64,000 nucleotides of DNA from an uncultured Clostridia bacterium. GTDB taxonomy: Bacteria > Bacillota > Clostridia > TANB77 > CAG-508. Positions 29,927-37,224 of this stretch are shown piece by piece (the stretch's first letter is position 1; each line of letters opens with the position of its first letter). The stretch spans positions 17,926 to 81,925 of the forward strand of contig CAKOUU010000001.1 in assembly GCA_934120675.1 (NCBI GenBank). Direction: 5' to 3'. The notes under the pieces are model-generated. The model was given only the letters and a program-made list of their open reading frames with translations, had not been told where the DNA came from and did no database searches. A program made the position numbers and the translations under genes.

Positions 29927-29964
29927 TTATAAATGTTGATATATTAATATATCAACATTTATAA
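29927..29964. terminator. 38-nt perfect palindrome downstream of murA (probable terminator)
   Basis: TTATAAATGTTGATATATT|AATATATCAACATTTATAA is a perfect inverted repeat centred at 29945/29946. Confidence 0.5.
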
Positions 29965-30006
29965 TATATTATTTAAAAGCAAAAGAAATAGAAAGAAGAA
30001 TACATT

Positions 30007-30798
30007 ATGTTTAATTTTTGTAGCCTATATAGTGGAAGCAGTGGAAATAGCTTATTTGTAGAAACAGAAAATACAAAATTATTAATAGACGCTGGTGTTA
30101 GTAGCAAAAAAATAGAAACAGCACTAACAAACCTTGAAGTTGACCCATCAACTATTAATGGAATATTAATTACACACGAACATTCTGACCATATTCAAGG
30201 TTTAGGAACATTTGCAAAAAAATTTGATTTGCCTGTATATGTAAATCAAAAAACATTAGATGCAATGCCTAAACAAAAAGAGAAAATCGCAGAAAAAAAT
30301 ATTAAAACTATAAAAATTGAAGAGAAATTTGAAATTGGAGATATACAAATAAAACCATTTGCTATACCACATGATGCAGCAAATCCTTGTGGTTTTAATC
30401 TATTCAAAGATAACCAAAAAATTAGTATTGCAACAGATATTGGACATATGACAAATGGAATATTAAAAAATTTAGAAGATAGTATTTTTGTACTTCTTGA
30501 ATCAAATTATGATCCAGAAGTTCTTAAATTTTCCAGATATCCATACATACTAAAATCAAGAATAGCAGGTCCAAATGGACATTTACCAAACGAAATGGCT
30601 GGAAAAACAATAGCACATCTATTACAGTCAGGCCTTAAACAGGCTATGCTTGGTCACTTAAGCAAAGAAAGTAATTTTCCAGAACTTGCTTATAAAACAG
30701 TAATTGACGAAATCATATCAAATAGCAATTATAATGAAAACTCTTTAAAATTAAGTGTTGCAAGCCGTGATATACCTGGATCCAAAATGTCATTTTAG
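30007..30798 (+). CDS. MBL-fold metallo-hydrolase (YycJ/WalJ-like)
   Basis: HEHSDH motif. The location upstream of rlmH matches other Firmicutes. Confidence 0.8.
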   Translation: MFNFCSLYSGSSGNSLFVETENTKLLIDAGVSSKKIETALTNLEVDPSTINGILITHEHSDHIQGLGTFAKKFDLPVYVNQKTLDAMPKQKEKIAEKNIKTIKIEEKFEIGDIQIKPFAIPHDAANPCGFNLFKDNQKISIATDIGHMTNGILKNLEDSIFVLLESNYDPEVLKFSRYPYILKSRIAGPNGHLPNEMAGKTIAHLLQSGLKQAMLGHLSKESNFPELAYKTVIDEIISNSNYNENSLKLSVASRDIPGSKMSF

Positions 30799-30913
30799 GA
30801 AGAAATTATCTGCTCGAGCAAAGTGATTTACAGATAACTTAAGTTATAGCTCTGTTCTGTTTGAGGCATCAATTCCAAATGAGACATTAATCATAAAAAT
30901 GAAAGAGGAAAAA

Positions 30914-31393
30914 ATGTTAACAATAAATATAATATGTGTAGGAAAACTAAAAGAAAAATTTTTTAAAGATGCAATAGATGAATATTCAAAAAGATTATCT
31001 AAATATTGCAAATTAAATATTATAGAACTTCCAGACAAAAAAATACCAGAAAAAACAAATCCAAATATAGAAAATGAAATCAAAACAAAAGAATGTAATA
31101 ATATTATAAATCATATAAAAAAAGATTCTTATGTTATTAGTCTTGATTTAACTGGAAAACAACTTTCATCTGAAGAGTTCTCAAAAAATATTGAAAATAT
31201 ATCTATGCAGTCTAGCCAAATTACATTTATAATTGGTGGTTCATTAGGTTTAACAGATAAAGTTTTAAGTATGTCTAATCAAAAAATCTGCTTTTCTAAA
31301 ATGACATTTCCACATCAATTAATTCGTGTATTTTTATTAGAGCAAATTTTTAGAGCATTTAAAATATCAAATGGTGAAACCTATCATAGATAA
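30914..31393 (+). CDS. rlmH: 23S rRNA (pseudouridine1915-N3)-methyltransferase RlmH
   Basis: MLTINIICVGKLKEKFFKDAIDEYSKRL and a SPOUT C-terminus (IIGGSLGL). The ATG at 30914 follows AGAGGAAAAA. Confidence 0.9.
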   Translation: MLTINIICVGKLKEKFFKDAIDEYSKRLSKYCKLNIIELPDKKIPEKTNPNIENEIKTKECNNIINHIKKDSYVISLDLTGKQLSSEEFSKNIENISMQSSQITFIIGGSLGLTDKVLSMSNQKICFSKMTFPHQLIRVFLLEQIFRAFKISNGETYHR

Positions 31394-31872
31394 TTAATTT
31401 TTATACATAACTGTAGGGAAAATATACGTAATAACTTTGGAAGGAAATTATGTGGGACAACAATAAAAAAACTTTCAAAATTATGCCAAAAATATATATG
31501 GGGGAATATGATTGAAGTGATATCTTCCCTACAAGATTAAAAACTATTTATAATTTACTGATTTATTTTTTTTAGAATTATGATTGCTAATATTTTAGTA
31601 ACCATTTTTTTGACTATAAAAAAAATCGATATAAATAAAATTAATTTAAAAATAATAAGACCTCCTAAAAAATATTTTGATTAAAATAAATTTAAATTAA
31701 TTAAAGTTTTTGGTAAAATTCAAAAAAACATTTTGATTAAAATCTTTTGCAAAATTATTCTACAACAGTTTTCATAAAAAGTCAACAAGAAAATTACGAC
31801 AAAAATCGACAAAAGTGGTTCAACACCGCTATTTAAAGCCTATTTTTATTATCTAAAATATCCATTTTAATA

Positions 31873-32400
31873 TTAAAAAATATATTTACACACAATTACA
31901 CTTGTTATTATCCCAACAAAATCAGCAATTAATGCTGCCCACAAAACAAATCTTGTTTTTTTTATTCCAACACTACTTGTATATACAGCAATAGTATATA
32001 CTGTTGTTTCAGTAGAACCCATTATAACAGAAGCAACAAGACCTATATTAGAATCAACACCAAAATTTTTCATTATATCTGTTGCAACAGCTATTGAACT
32101 ACTACCAGAAATTGGTCTTATTAGCGCTAAAGGCAATATTTCAGTTGGAAAATTTATAAAATTCAAAAATGGAGTTAAAAAATTAACTGTTAAATCTATA
32201 ATTCCAGAACTTCTTAAAGCCCCTATGGCAACAAATAAACCTACTAATGTAGGAAAAATATTAAAAACAACACCTATCCCCTCTTTTGCACCATCTAAAA
32301 AAATATCAAAAACTTTTTTTCTTTCTATAACACCATATAAAACAATAATAATTATCATTAACGGCATAGCAATATTAGAAAAAAACTCTATAAATTTCAT
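31873..32400 (-). CDS. spmB: Spore maturation protein B
   Basis: Polytopic membrane protein downstream of spmA. The ATG at 32400 (MKFIEFFSNIAMPLMIII) follows a GGAGG SD. Confidence 0.8.
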   Translation of the reverse strand: MKFIEFFSNIAMPLMIIIIVLYGVIERKKVFDIFLDGAKEGIGVVFNIFPTLVGLFVAIGALRSSGIIDLTVNFLTPFLNFINFPTEILPLALIRPISGSSSIAVATDIMKNFGVDSNIGLVASVIMGSTETTVYTIAVYTSSVGIKKTRFVLWAALIADFVGIITSVIVCKYIF

Positions 32401-32481
32401 TTTTATACCAGCCTCCATAAATCCAAAATCTTATTTTTAATAATTTATTTACAACAATTCTTTTATTTAGAGATTACAATA

Positions 32482-33061
32482 TTATTTTCCCATTTTTATA
32501 AAAATTTTTGTTGCAGTAATTCCAGCAATTGCAGCACAAATAGTTGCTATCCAAACAGGGACTATTATAGCTGTAGGATTTATTGATCCCATAGAATTTC
32601 TTATAGCAATAACAGTAGTTGGTATAATTTGTATTGAAGCAGTATTTAATACAATAAATGTAGCCATTTCATTTGTCAAAATTTTCTTATCGCTATTTTT
32701 CTCTTGCATGGATTTCATTGCTTTTATTCCGCAACGGTGTAGCAGCATTCCCCAATCCCAAAATATTTGCAACCATATTCATAGAAATTTCTTCGTAAAC
32801 ATTAGAATCATTTTTTATATTTGGAAATAATAATTTCATAATCGGCTTTAAAAAATTTGTAATTTTTTTCATTACAGATGTTTTGCTTGCAATTTGCATT
32901 ATTCCATTCCACAAACACATTGTCCCCAATAAAGTAATACACAAGCTGACTGCTAGTTCAGTACTTTCAAATATTGAACTATTTAATTCTTTAATATTTC
33001 CTGATAAAATAGCAAAAATAACAGATACTATAATAAACGCAGGCCATAATATATTCAACAT
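32482..33061 (-). pseudogene. spmA: Spore maturation protein A, interrupted by a 1-nt frameshift
   Basis: Two overlapping ORFs (32693..33070 and 32482..32772) join into GLGNAATPL|GIKAMKSMQEKN if one base near 32731 is removed. This matches the conserved SpmA motif GLGNAATPLGIKAME. Confidence 0.75.
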
Positions 33062-33347
33062 AAAAATCACCTAATCAATTTTATTATTAAATTAAAATAT
33101 TTATTACTTTTTACTTTTTTGTCGCTTTTTAATTGACCTCCTACACGATTTATGTTATATTAATGTAAAAGAACAAAAGCGACATTAATGACATTTAAAA
33201 TATTAAATTCATTTAAGAAATAAGCTTAGTTTATGTATAAAATTTACCTTTGCAAATTTTAAACAAAATGTTTTTATTATAAAAAGTTAAAACTTTACTA
33301 TAATATAACCATGGGAATTGTAAAAAGTAACATTAAGGAGGGTTAAC

Positions 33348-33602
33348 ATGAAAGCTACTGGAATTATAAGAAGAGTTGATGAATTAGGAAGAGTTGTTAT
33401 TCCTATTGAAATTAGAAATCAATTTAATATTGTCGAAAAAGATCCAATTGAAATCTATGTAAACGATTCTTCAATCATATTAAAAAAATATGAACCAAAT
33501 TGTATTTTTTGCGGAACTACAGAAGATTTAGTAGAATATAAAGATAAATTAGTTTGTAAAAATTGTTCTAAAGAACTAAATATTTTACATGAAAAAGAAT
33601 AA
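33348..33602 (+). CDS. abrB: AbrB/SpoVT-family transition-state regulator with C-terminal four-Cys segment
   Basis: MKATGIIRRVDELGRVVIPIEIRNQFNI swapped-hairpin domain. The C-terminus carries CIFCG...CKNC. Confidence 0.85.
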   Translation: MKATGIIRRVDELGRVVIPIEIRNQFNIVEKDPIEIYVNDSSIILKKYEPNCIFCGTTEDLVEYKDKLVCKNCSKELNILHEKE

Positions 33603-33679
33603 ATAGAAAAAGATGTGTCAAAAGTCTTATCAACTTTTAATACATCTTTTTTTATTTATAAACAAAAATAAAATATTAA

Positions 33680-34504
33680 TTAAATAAATTTTTGATATAC
33701 ATCATTTTTATTCATATTTCTATCTTTAGCAATCTTTTTTATAATATCTTTTTTACTAAAACCTTGATTTTCATAAATTTTATAATGTTCCTCCATAGTA
33801 AGATTATTTAAAGAATTTTCCTCTTCTATTTCATTATTTCCTTCTATTATTAAAACAATCTCCCCTTTTAAATTTGCAGATTTTTGCAATATTTCATCTA
33901 TATTTCCCCTAATAAATTCTTCATGTATTTTTGTTATTTCTCTAGCTAAAGTAATATTTCTATTTTTTGATAATATTTTTTGTAAATCTTTTAAAGTTGT
34001 ATCTAATTTATGTGGAGCTTCATAAATTATTATAGTTTTATTAGATTTTTCAATCTCTTCTAATTTCTTTTTTCTTAATTTTTTATTTAATGGCAAAAAA
34101 CCTAAAAAAGTAAATTCTTTTGTATCAATCCCTGAACAAATTAAAGAGTTTATCATTGCACAAGCTCCTGGAATTGGAACAATATTTATTCCCAATTCTA
34201 TGCATTTTTTTATAATTTCTTCCCCCGGATCACATATACCTGGTGTTCCAGCATCTGATACTAAAGCTATATTTTGCCCTTCTTGCAATTTTTCAATTAA
34301 TACATCTGATTTTGTTTCTTCATTGTGTCTATGATAACTTATCATTGGTTTTGATATCTCCAAATGATTTAATAATTTTAATGTATGTCTTGTGTCTTCT
34401 GCTGCTATCAAATCTGCATCTTTCAACGTTTTTATTGCTCTTAATGTTATATCTTCCAAATTTCCTATTGGTGTTGCTACTATATATAAAGTTCCTTTTT
34501 CCAT
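33680..34504 (-). CDS. rsmI: 16S rRNA (cytidine1402-2'-O)-methyltransferase
   Basis: GTLYIVATPIGNLEDITLRAIKTLKDADLIAAEDTR, the tetrapyrrole-methylase-like RsmI N-terminus. Confidence 0.9.
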   Translation of the reverse strand: MEKGTLYIVATPIGNLEDITLRAIKTLKDADLIAAEDTRHTLKLLNHLEISKPMISYHRHNEETKSDVLIEKLQEGQNIALVSDAGTPGICDPGEEIIKKCIELGINIVPIPGACAMINSLICSGIDTKEFTFLGFLPLNKKLRKKKLEEIEKSNKTIIIYEAPHKLDTTLKDLQKILSKNRNITLAREITKIHEEFIRGNIDEILQKSANLKGEIVLIIEGNNEIEEENSLNNLTMEEHYKIYENQGFSKKDIIKKIAKDRNMNKNDVYQKFI

Positions 34505-34565
34505 TATTTTTTCCTTTCTTTTATTATTTCTTTTATTTAAATTATTTATTTATTTATTTATTTTT

Positions 34566-35315
34566 TTATTTATTTTTTTTATTATATATTTTATAAATTT
34601 CCTCTGTATAATTTCCATCTTTTTTATAAATATATAAATCTTCCTTAACTTTCAAAAAAGGCTTTGCATTTTTTACACCTTTAATTAGCACCAATTTAGG
34701 TGATTCATTTATATGTGAACATACAAATCTTATTTCTTTTGGTTCAATTTTATATTGTCTCATATGTGAAATAATATCAACCAATCTTTCCGGCCTGTGA
34801 ACCATATAAAATTCTCCTTTATCTTTTAACAATTTATTAGATACTTTTATATAATCTTCTAACTTTGCTAATACCTCATGTCTTGAAATTAATTTTTTTT
34901 CTTCTTCGTTTACTATTCCTGTATTTTCTTTTTTATATGGTGGATTTGTAACTATAACATCAAAAGAATTTTTTTCATATATTTTATCCAAATTAATAAT
35001 ATTTTCATTTATTATTTCAAATTTATTTTCTAAATTATTTAATTTTGAACTTCTTTTTGCCATATCTGCGACTTCTTTTTGAACCTCTACCCCTATAATT
35101 TTTTCTAAATTTGTTTTTCCACATAATAAAATTGATATTATTCCTGTACCTGTTCCTAAATCTAATACTTTTGCATTTTTCTTTATATTTTTTGAAAAGT
35201 CTGATAACAATACTGCATCAATTCCAAAACAAAAGCCTTTTGTATTTTGTATTATTTTTAAACCTTTAAATTCCAAGTCATCTATTCTTTCATTCTCTTT
35301 TAATTCTATTTCCAT
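34566..35315 (-). CDS. SAM-dependent N6-adenine methyltransferase (tRNA1Val m6A37 TrmN6/YfiC-like)
   Basis: SAM motif VLDLGTGTGI and catalytic TNPPY. Confidence 0.75.
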   Translation of the reverse strand: MEIELKENERIDDLEFKGLKIIQNTKGFCFGIDAVLLSDFSKNIKKNAKVLDLGTGTGIISILLCGKTNLEKIIGVEVQKEVADMAKRSSKLNNLENKFEIINENIINLDKIYEKNSFDVIVTNPPYKKENTGIVNEEEKKLISRHEVLAKLEDYIKVSNKLLKDKGEFYMVHRPERLVDIISHMRQYKIEPKEIRFVCSHINESPKLVLIKGVKNAKPFLKVKEDLYIYKKDGNYTEEIYKIYNKKNK

Positions 35316-35425
35316 ATTTTTCTCTTTCTTTTTTATTTTATATTAAAATGTTACAACAATTTTAGATAAAAAACAAGTATTTATTATAATTTAATTTTTA
35401 CAAATTAGTATATATTTATTTACTA

Positions 35426-35454
35426 TTGACAATAAATAAATTTTATATTAATAT
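35426..35454 (+). promoter_or_regulatory. Sigma-A-type promoter for small ORF A
   Basis: TTGACA (35426-35431), a 17-nt spacer, then TAATAT (35449-35454). Confidence 0.55.
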
Positions 35455-35495
35455 TAAATCGCCGACTTGCTTAGTGACAGGAAGGAGGTTATCTT

Positions 35496-35564
35496 TTGAA
35501 ACCATTCACAAAATTGCTAGCATTATATATAGTTTACTTAATTGTAAAACATTTTGATGATTAG
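35496..35564 (+). CDS. 22-aa peptide A (candidate type I toxin-like peptide)
   Basis: TTG start 6 nt after GGAAGGAGGT. Peptide is MKPFTKLLALYIVYLIVKHFDD. A paralog of identical length is at 36876, and a terminator follows directly. Confidence 0.5.
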   Translation: MKPFTKLLALYIVYLIVKHFDD

Positions 35565-35569
35565 CATAA

Positions 35570-35641
35570 AAAAAGACTAGGATTTGTTTAGCGACACCTA
35601 GTCTTTTTTAATTATCTTTGAAACCATTTATTGCAATTGCT
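35570..35641 (-). ncRNA. Predicted convergent sRNA A (about 70 nt)
   Basis: It would run from the minus-strand promoter at 35648-35676 to terminator A. Its 5' part is antisense to a near-duplicate (35612-35642) of the peptide-A translation start region (35489-35519). Confidence 0.45.
35574..35604. terminator. Bidirectional terminator A
   Basis: AGACTAGG ... CCTAGTCT stem with an A-run upstream and a T-run downstream. Confidence 0.75.
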
Positions 35642-35647
35642 AAATAC

Positions 35648-35676
35648 ATATTAGCACATAATTTATTATATGTCAA
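35648..35676 (-). promoter_or_regulatory. Sigma-A-type promoter for sRNA A
   Basis: Minus strand: TTGACA (35676-35671), 17 nt, then TAATAT (35653-35648). Confidence 0.55.
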
Positions 35677-35771
35677 ATTTTTCAACTTATTCATCCAAAT
35701 ACATATTCACCATTTTTCCATTTATTTAATAATATAGTATAAATATTTTAATAAAAGAAAGAAGTGTTTCT

Positions 35772-36062
35772 ATGCCAACTTTATATAGATGTGAAAAAAA
35801 AAATAATAATACTTGCAAATGCCGTCTGCCTCCTCCTCCACACAAAATTTTAGCACCACCGCCATCACCTCCTCCAAAACCACCACCAAAAAAGCCATCT
35901 CCCCTTAAAAAGAAAAAACTTAATTTTAAAACTTGCAAAAAAAATACAATTAATTCTTTAAATGAAGTTGAACATTTTTTAAATGATTTTCAAGGTTTTT
36001 GGGATTATGTTAAATTATATAAAAATGTTTCAAATATTTTTAATAGAAAAAGAAAAGACTAG
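35772..36062 (+). CDS. Proline/lysine-rich small protein (96 aa)
   Basis: ORF MPTLYRCEKKNNNTCKCRLPPPPHKILAPPPSPPPKPPPKKPSPLKKKK... Its stop codon lies inside terminator B. The SD is weak. Confidence 0.45.
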   Translation: MPTLYRCEKKNNNTCKCRLPPPPHKILAPPPSPPPKPPPKKPSPLKKKKLNFKTCKKNTINSLNEVEHFLNDFQGFWDYVKLYKNVSNIFNRKRKD

Positions 36063-36125
36063 GATTGCTTTGGTAGGCTCCTAGTCTTTTTTGTTATTTT
36101 TTTGCACGATTATTTTTTAATTGCT
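36050..36125 (-). ncRNA. Predicted convergent sRNA B (about 75 nt)
   Basis: It would run from the promoter at 36132-36160 to terminator B. Its 5' end AGCAATT is shared with sRNA A. Confidence 0.4.
36056..36087. terminator. Bidirectional terminator B
   Basis: AGACTAGGA ... TCCTAGTCT stem with the same stem sequence as terminators A and C. Confidence 0.75.
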
Positions 36126-36131
36126 AAATAT

Positions 36132-36160
36132 ATATTAACACATACTTTACCATATGTCAA
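36132..36160 (-). promoter_or_regulatory. Sigma-A-type promoter for sRNA B
   Basis: Minus strand: TTGACA (36160-36155), 17 nt, then TAATAT (36137-36132). Confidence 0.5.
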
Positions 36161-36170
36161 ATTTTTAAAA

Positions 36171-36710
36171 CTATTTTCTCACATAAAACTCCTCAAAATC
36201 ACTAGATGCCTGACCATTAACCAAGAATTTAACCTTATTAACCTCATTTAACTCAGTAACAGTATTAACAATTGAATAAATTAAATTATTTTTAAGCATA
36301 CTATCATCTTTATTATAATTCAAAATCTCAGAAGAAAAATCCAAAGTTAAACATTCTTTATCTAATGAAACATTTAAAAGTTTAGTATTTTCAGGAATAA
36401 CAACTTTCAATTTATCATTTTTAGGACCAGAAATTAAAAGCTCAACCAAAGTATTATAAGGTGATTTTATTAAATCTTTTACATTTACAAGTCTTGCTTC
36501 TGGTTTTAAAAGCCCTGTTTCTTTATCTGCAAAATATAAGCTTACAATTGTTTCCCTTGACTGATCATCCGATATTTCTTCCTGTGGTATATATTCACGT
36601 TGAATTTCATTATTTTTCTTTTGTTTGACAATTTTAATTGCGAAATATCCTATAACTACAATTAAAATTACTGAAATTATAAATAAAATTAAAATCCTTT
36701 TATTTTTCAT
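36171..36710 (-). CDS. GerMN-domain (GerM-like) sporulation/germination lipoprotein-like protein
   Basis: TM anchor followed by VSLYFADKETGLLKPEARLV ... LLNVSLDKECLTLDFS ... VKFLVNGQ, typical of the GerMN domain. The ATG at 36710 follows GGGAGGA. Confidence 0.7.
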   Translation of the reverse strand: MKNKRILILFIISVILIVVIGYFAIKIVKQKKNNEIQREYIPQEEISDDQSRETIVSLYFADKETGLLKPEARLVNVKDLIKSPYNTLVELLISGPKNDKLKVVIPENTKLLNVSLDKECLTLDFSSEILNYNKDDSMLKNNLIYSIVNTVTELNEVNKVKFLVNGQASSDFEEFYVRK

Positions 36711-36804
36711 AGCGTCCTCCCTATTTTTAATATTTATACTTAATACTATTATTTGTTTGTCCAAAATATACTAAAAATTTTTAAGCTAAATATTTATTAT
36801 ATAG

Positions 36805-36833
36805 TTGACTTTTACAAATAAATATTATACTAT
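36805..36833 (+). promoter_or_regulatory. Sigma-A-type promoter for small ORF C
   Basis: TTGACT (36805-36810), 17 nt, then TACTAT (36828-36833). The predicted transcript starts at CCGACTT, as in copy A. Confidence 0.5.
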
Positions 36834-36875
36834 ATTCATACCGACTTACTCTAGTGGGTAGGAAGGAGGTACTAA

Positions 36876-36944
36876 GTGAAAGAACTACTAAAAGTGTTGA
36901 AACTTTATTTAATTTACTTAATTGTAAAGAACTTAAAGGATTAG
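36876..36944 (+). CDS. 22-aa peptide C (paralog of peptide A)
   Basis: GTG start 5 nt after GGAAGGAGGT. Peptide is MKELLKVLKLYLIYLIVKNLKD. It shares the YLIVK core and length with peptide A. Confidence 0.5.
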   Translation: MKELLKVLKLYLIYLIVKNLKD

Positions 36945-36949
36945 ACAAA

Positions 36950-37029
36950 AGAAAAAGACTAGGAAAAGTTTTCAGAGACTTCCTAGTCTTTTTTTGATAC
37001 TTCGTTTCAGAACTACTTTTTTGACGTCT
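36950..37029 (-). ncRNA. Predicted convergent sRNA C (about 80 nt)
   Basis: It would run from the promoter at 37036-37064 to terminator C. It contains AGUAGUUCU and AGUAUC, complementary to AGAACUACU and GGUACU around the GTG start of peptide C. Confidence 0.4.
36956..36989. terminator. Bidirectional terminator C
   Basis: AGACTAGGAA ... TTCCTAGTCT stem with A-run and T-run flanks. Confidence 0.75.
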
Positions 37030-37035
37030 GAATAT

Positions 37036-37064
37036 ATTATAACTCATATTTTATTATATGTCAA
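37036..37064 (-). promoter_or_regulatory. Sigma-A-type promoter for sRNA C
   Basis: Minus strand: TTGACA (37064-37059), 17 nt, then TATAAT (37041-37036). Confidence 0.55.
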
Positions 37065-37100
37065 ATAAAATTTTTTAGTCCTATTTCCATTTTTTTACAT

Positions 37101-37129
37101 TTGACAAATGGTCATTTTCCGTATAAAAT
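37101..37129 (+). promoter_or_regulatory. Promoter for the 1441-aa activase/dehydratase gene
   Basis: TTGACA (37101-37106), 17 nt, then TAAAAT (37124-37129). Confidence 0.45.
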
Positions 37130-37224
37130 TAGGGTGTATAAATTATTTAAAAAACCTCATAGCCCTAACAAAAAACAGTAATTTATACATGGGATGTTTA
37201 AACGAGCGAGAGGAGAAATGAATT

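Noticed and set aside
35726-35938. 70-aa Gly-rich minus-strand ORF.
   Set aside because: It is the mirror image of the Pro-rich plus-strand ORF. The plus-strand ORF ends at a terminator, and the minus ORF lacks an SD.
36781-37047. 88-aa minus-strand ORF from the track.
   Set aside because: It lies antisense to peptide C, its SD and terminator C. It has no SD of its own, its product is low complexity, and the interval is better explained by the peptide/sRNA module.
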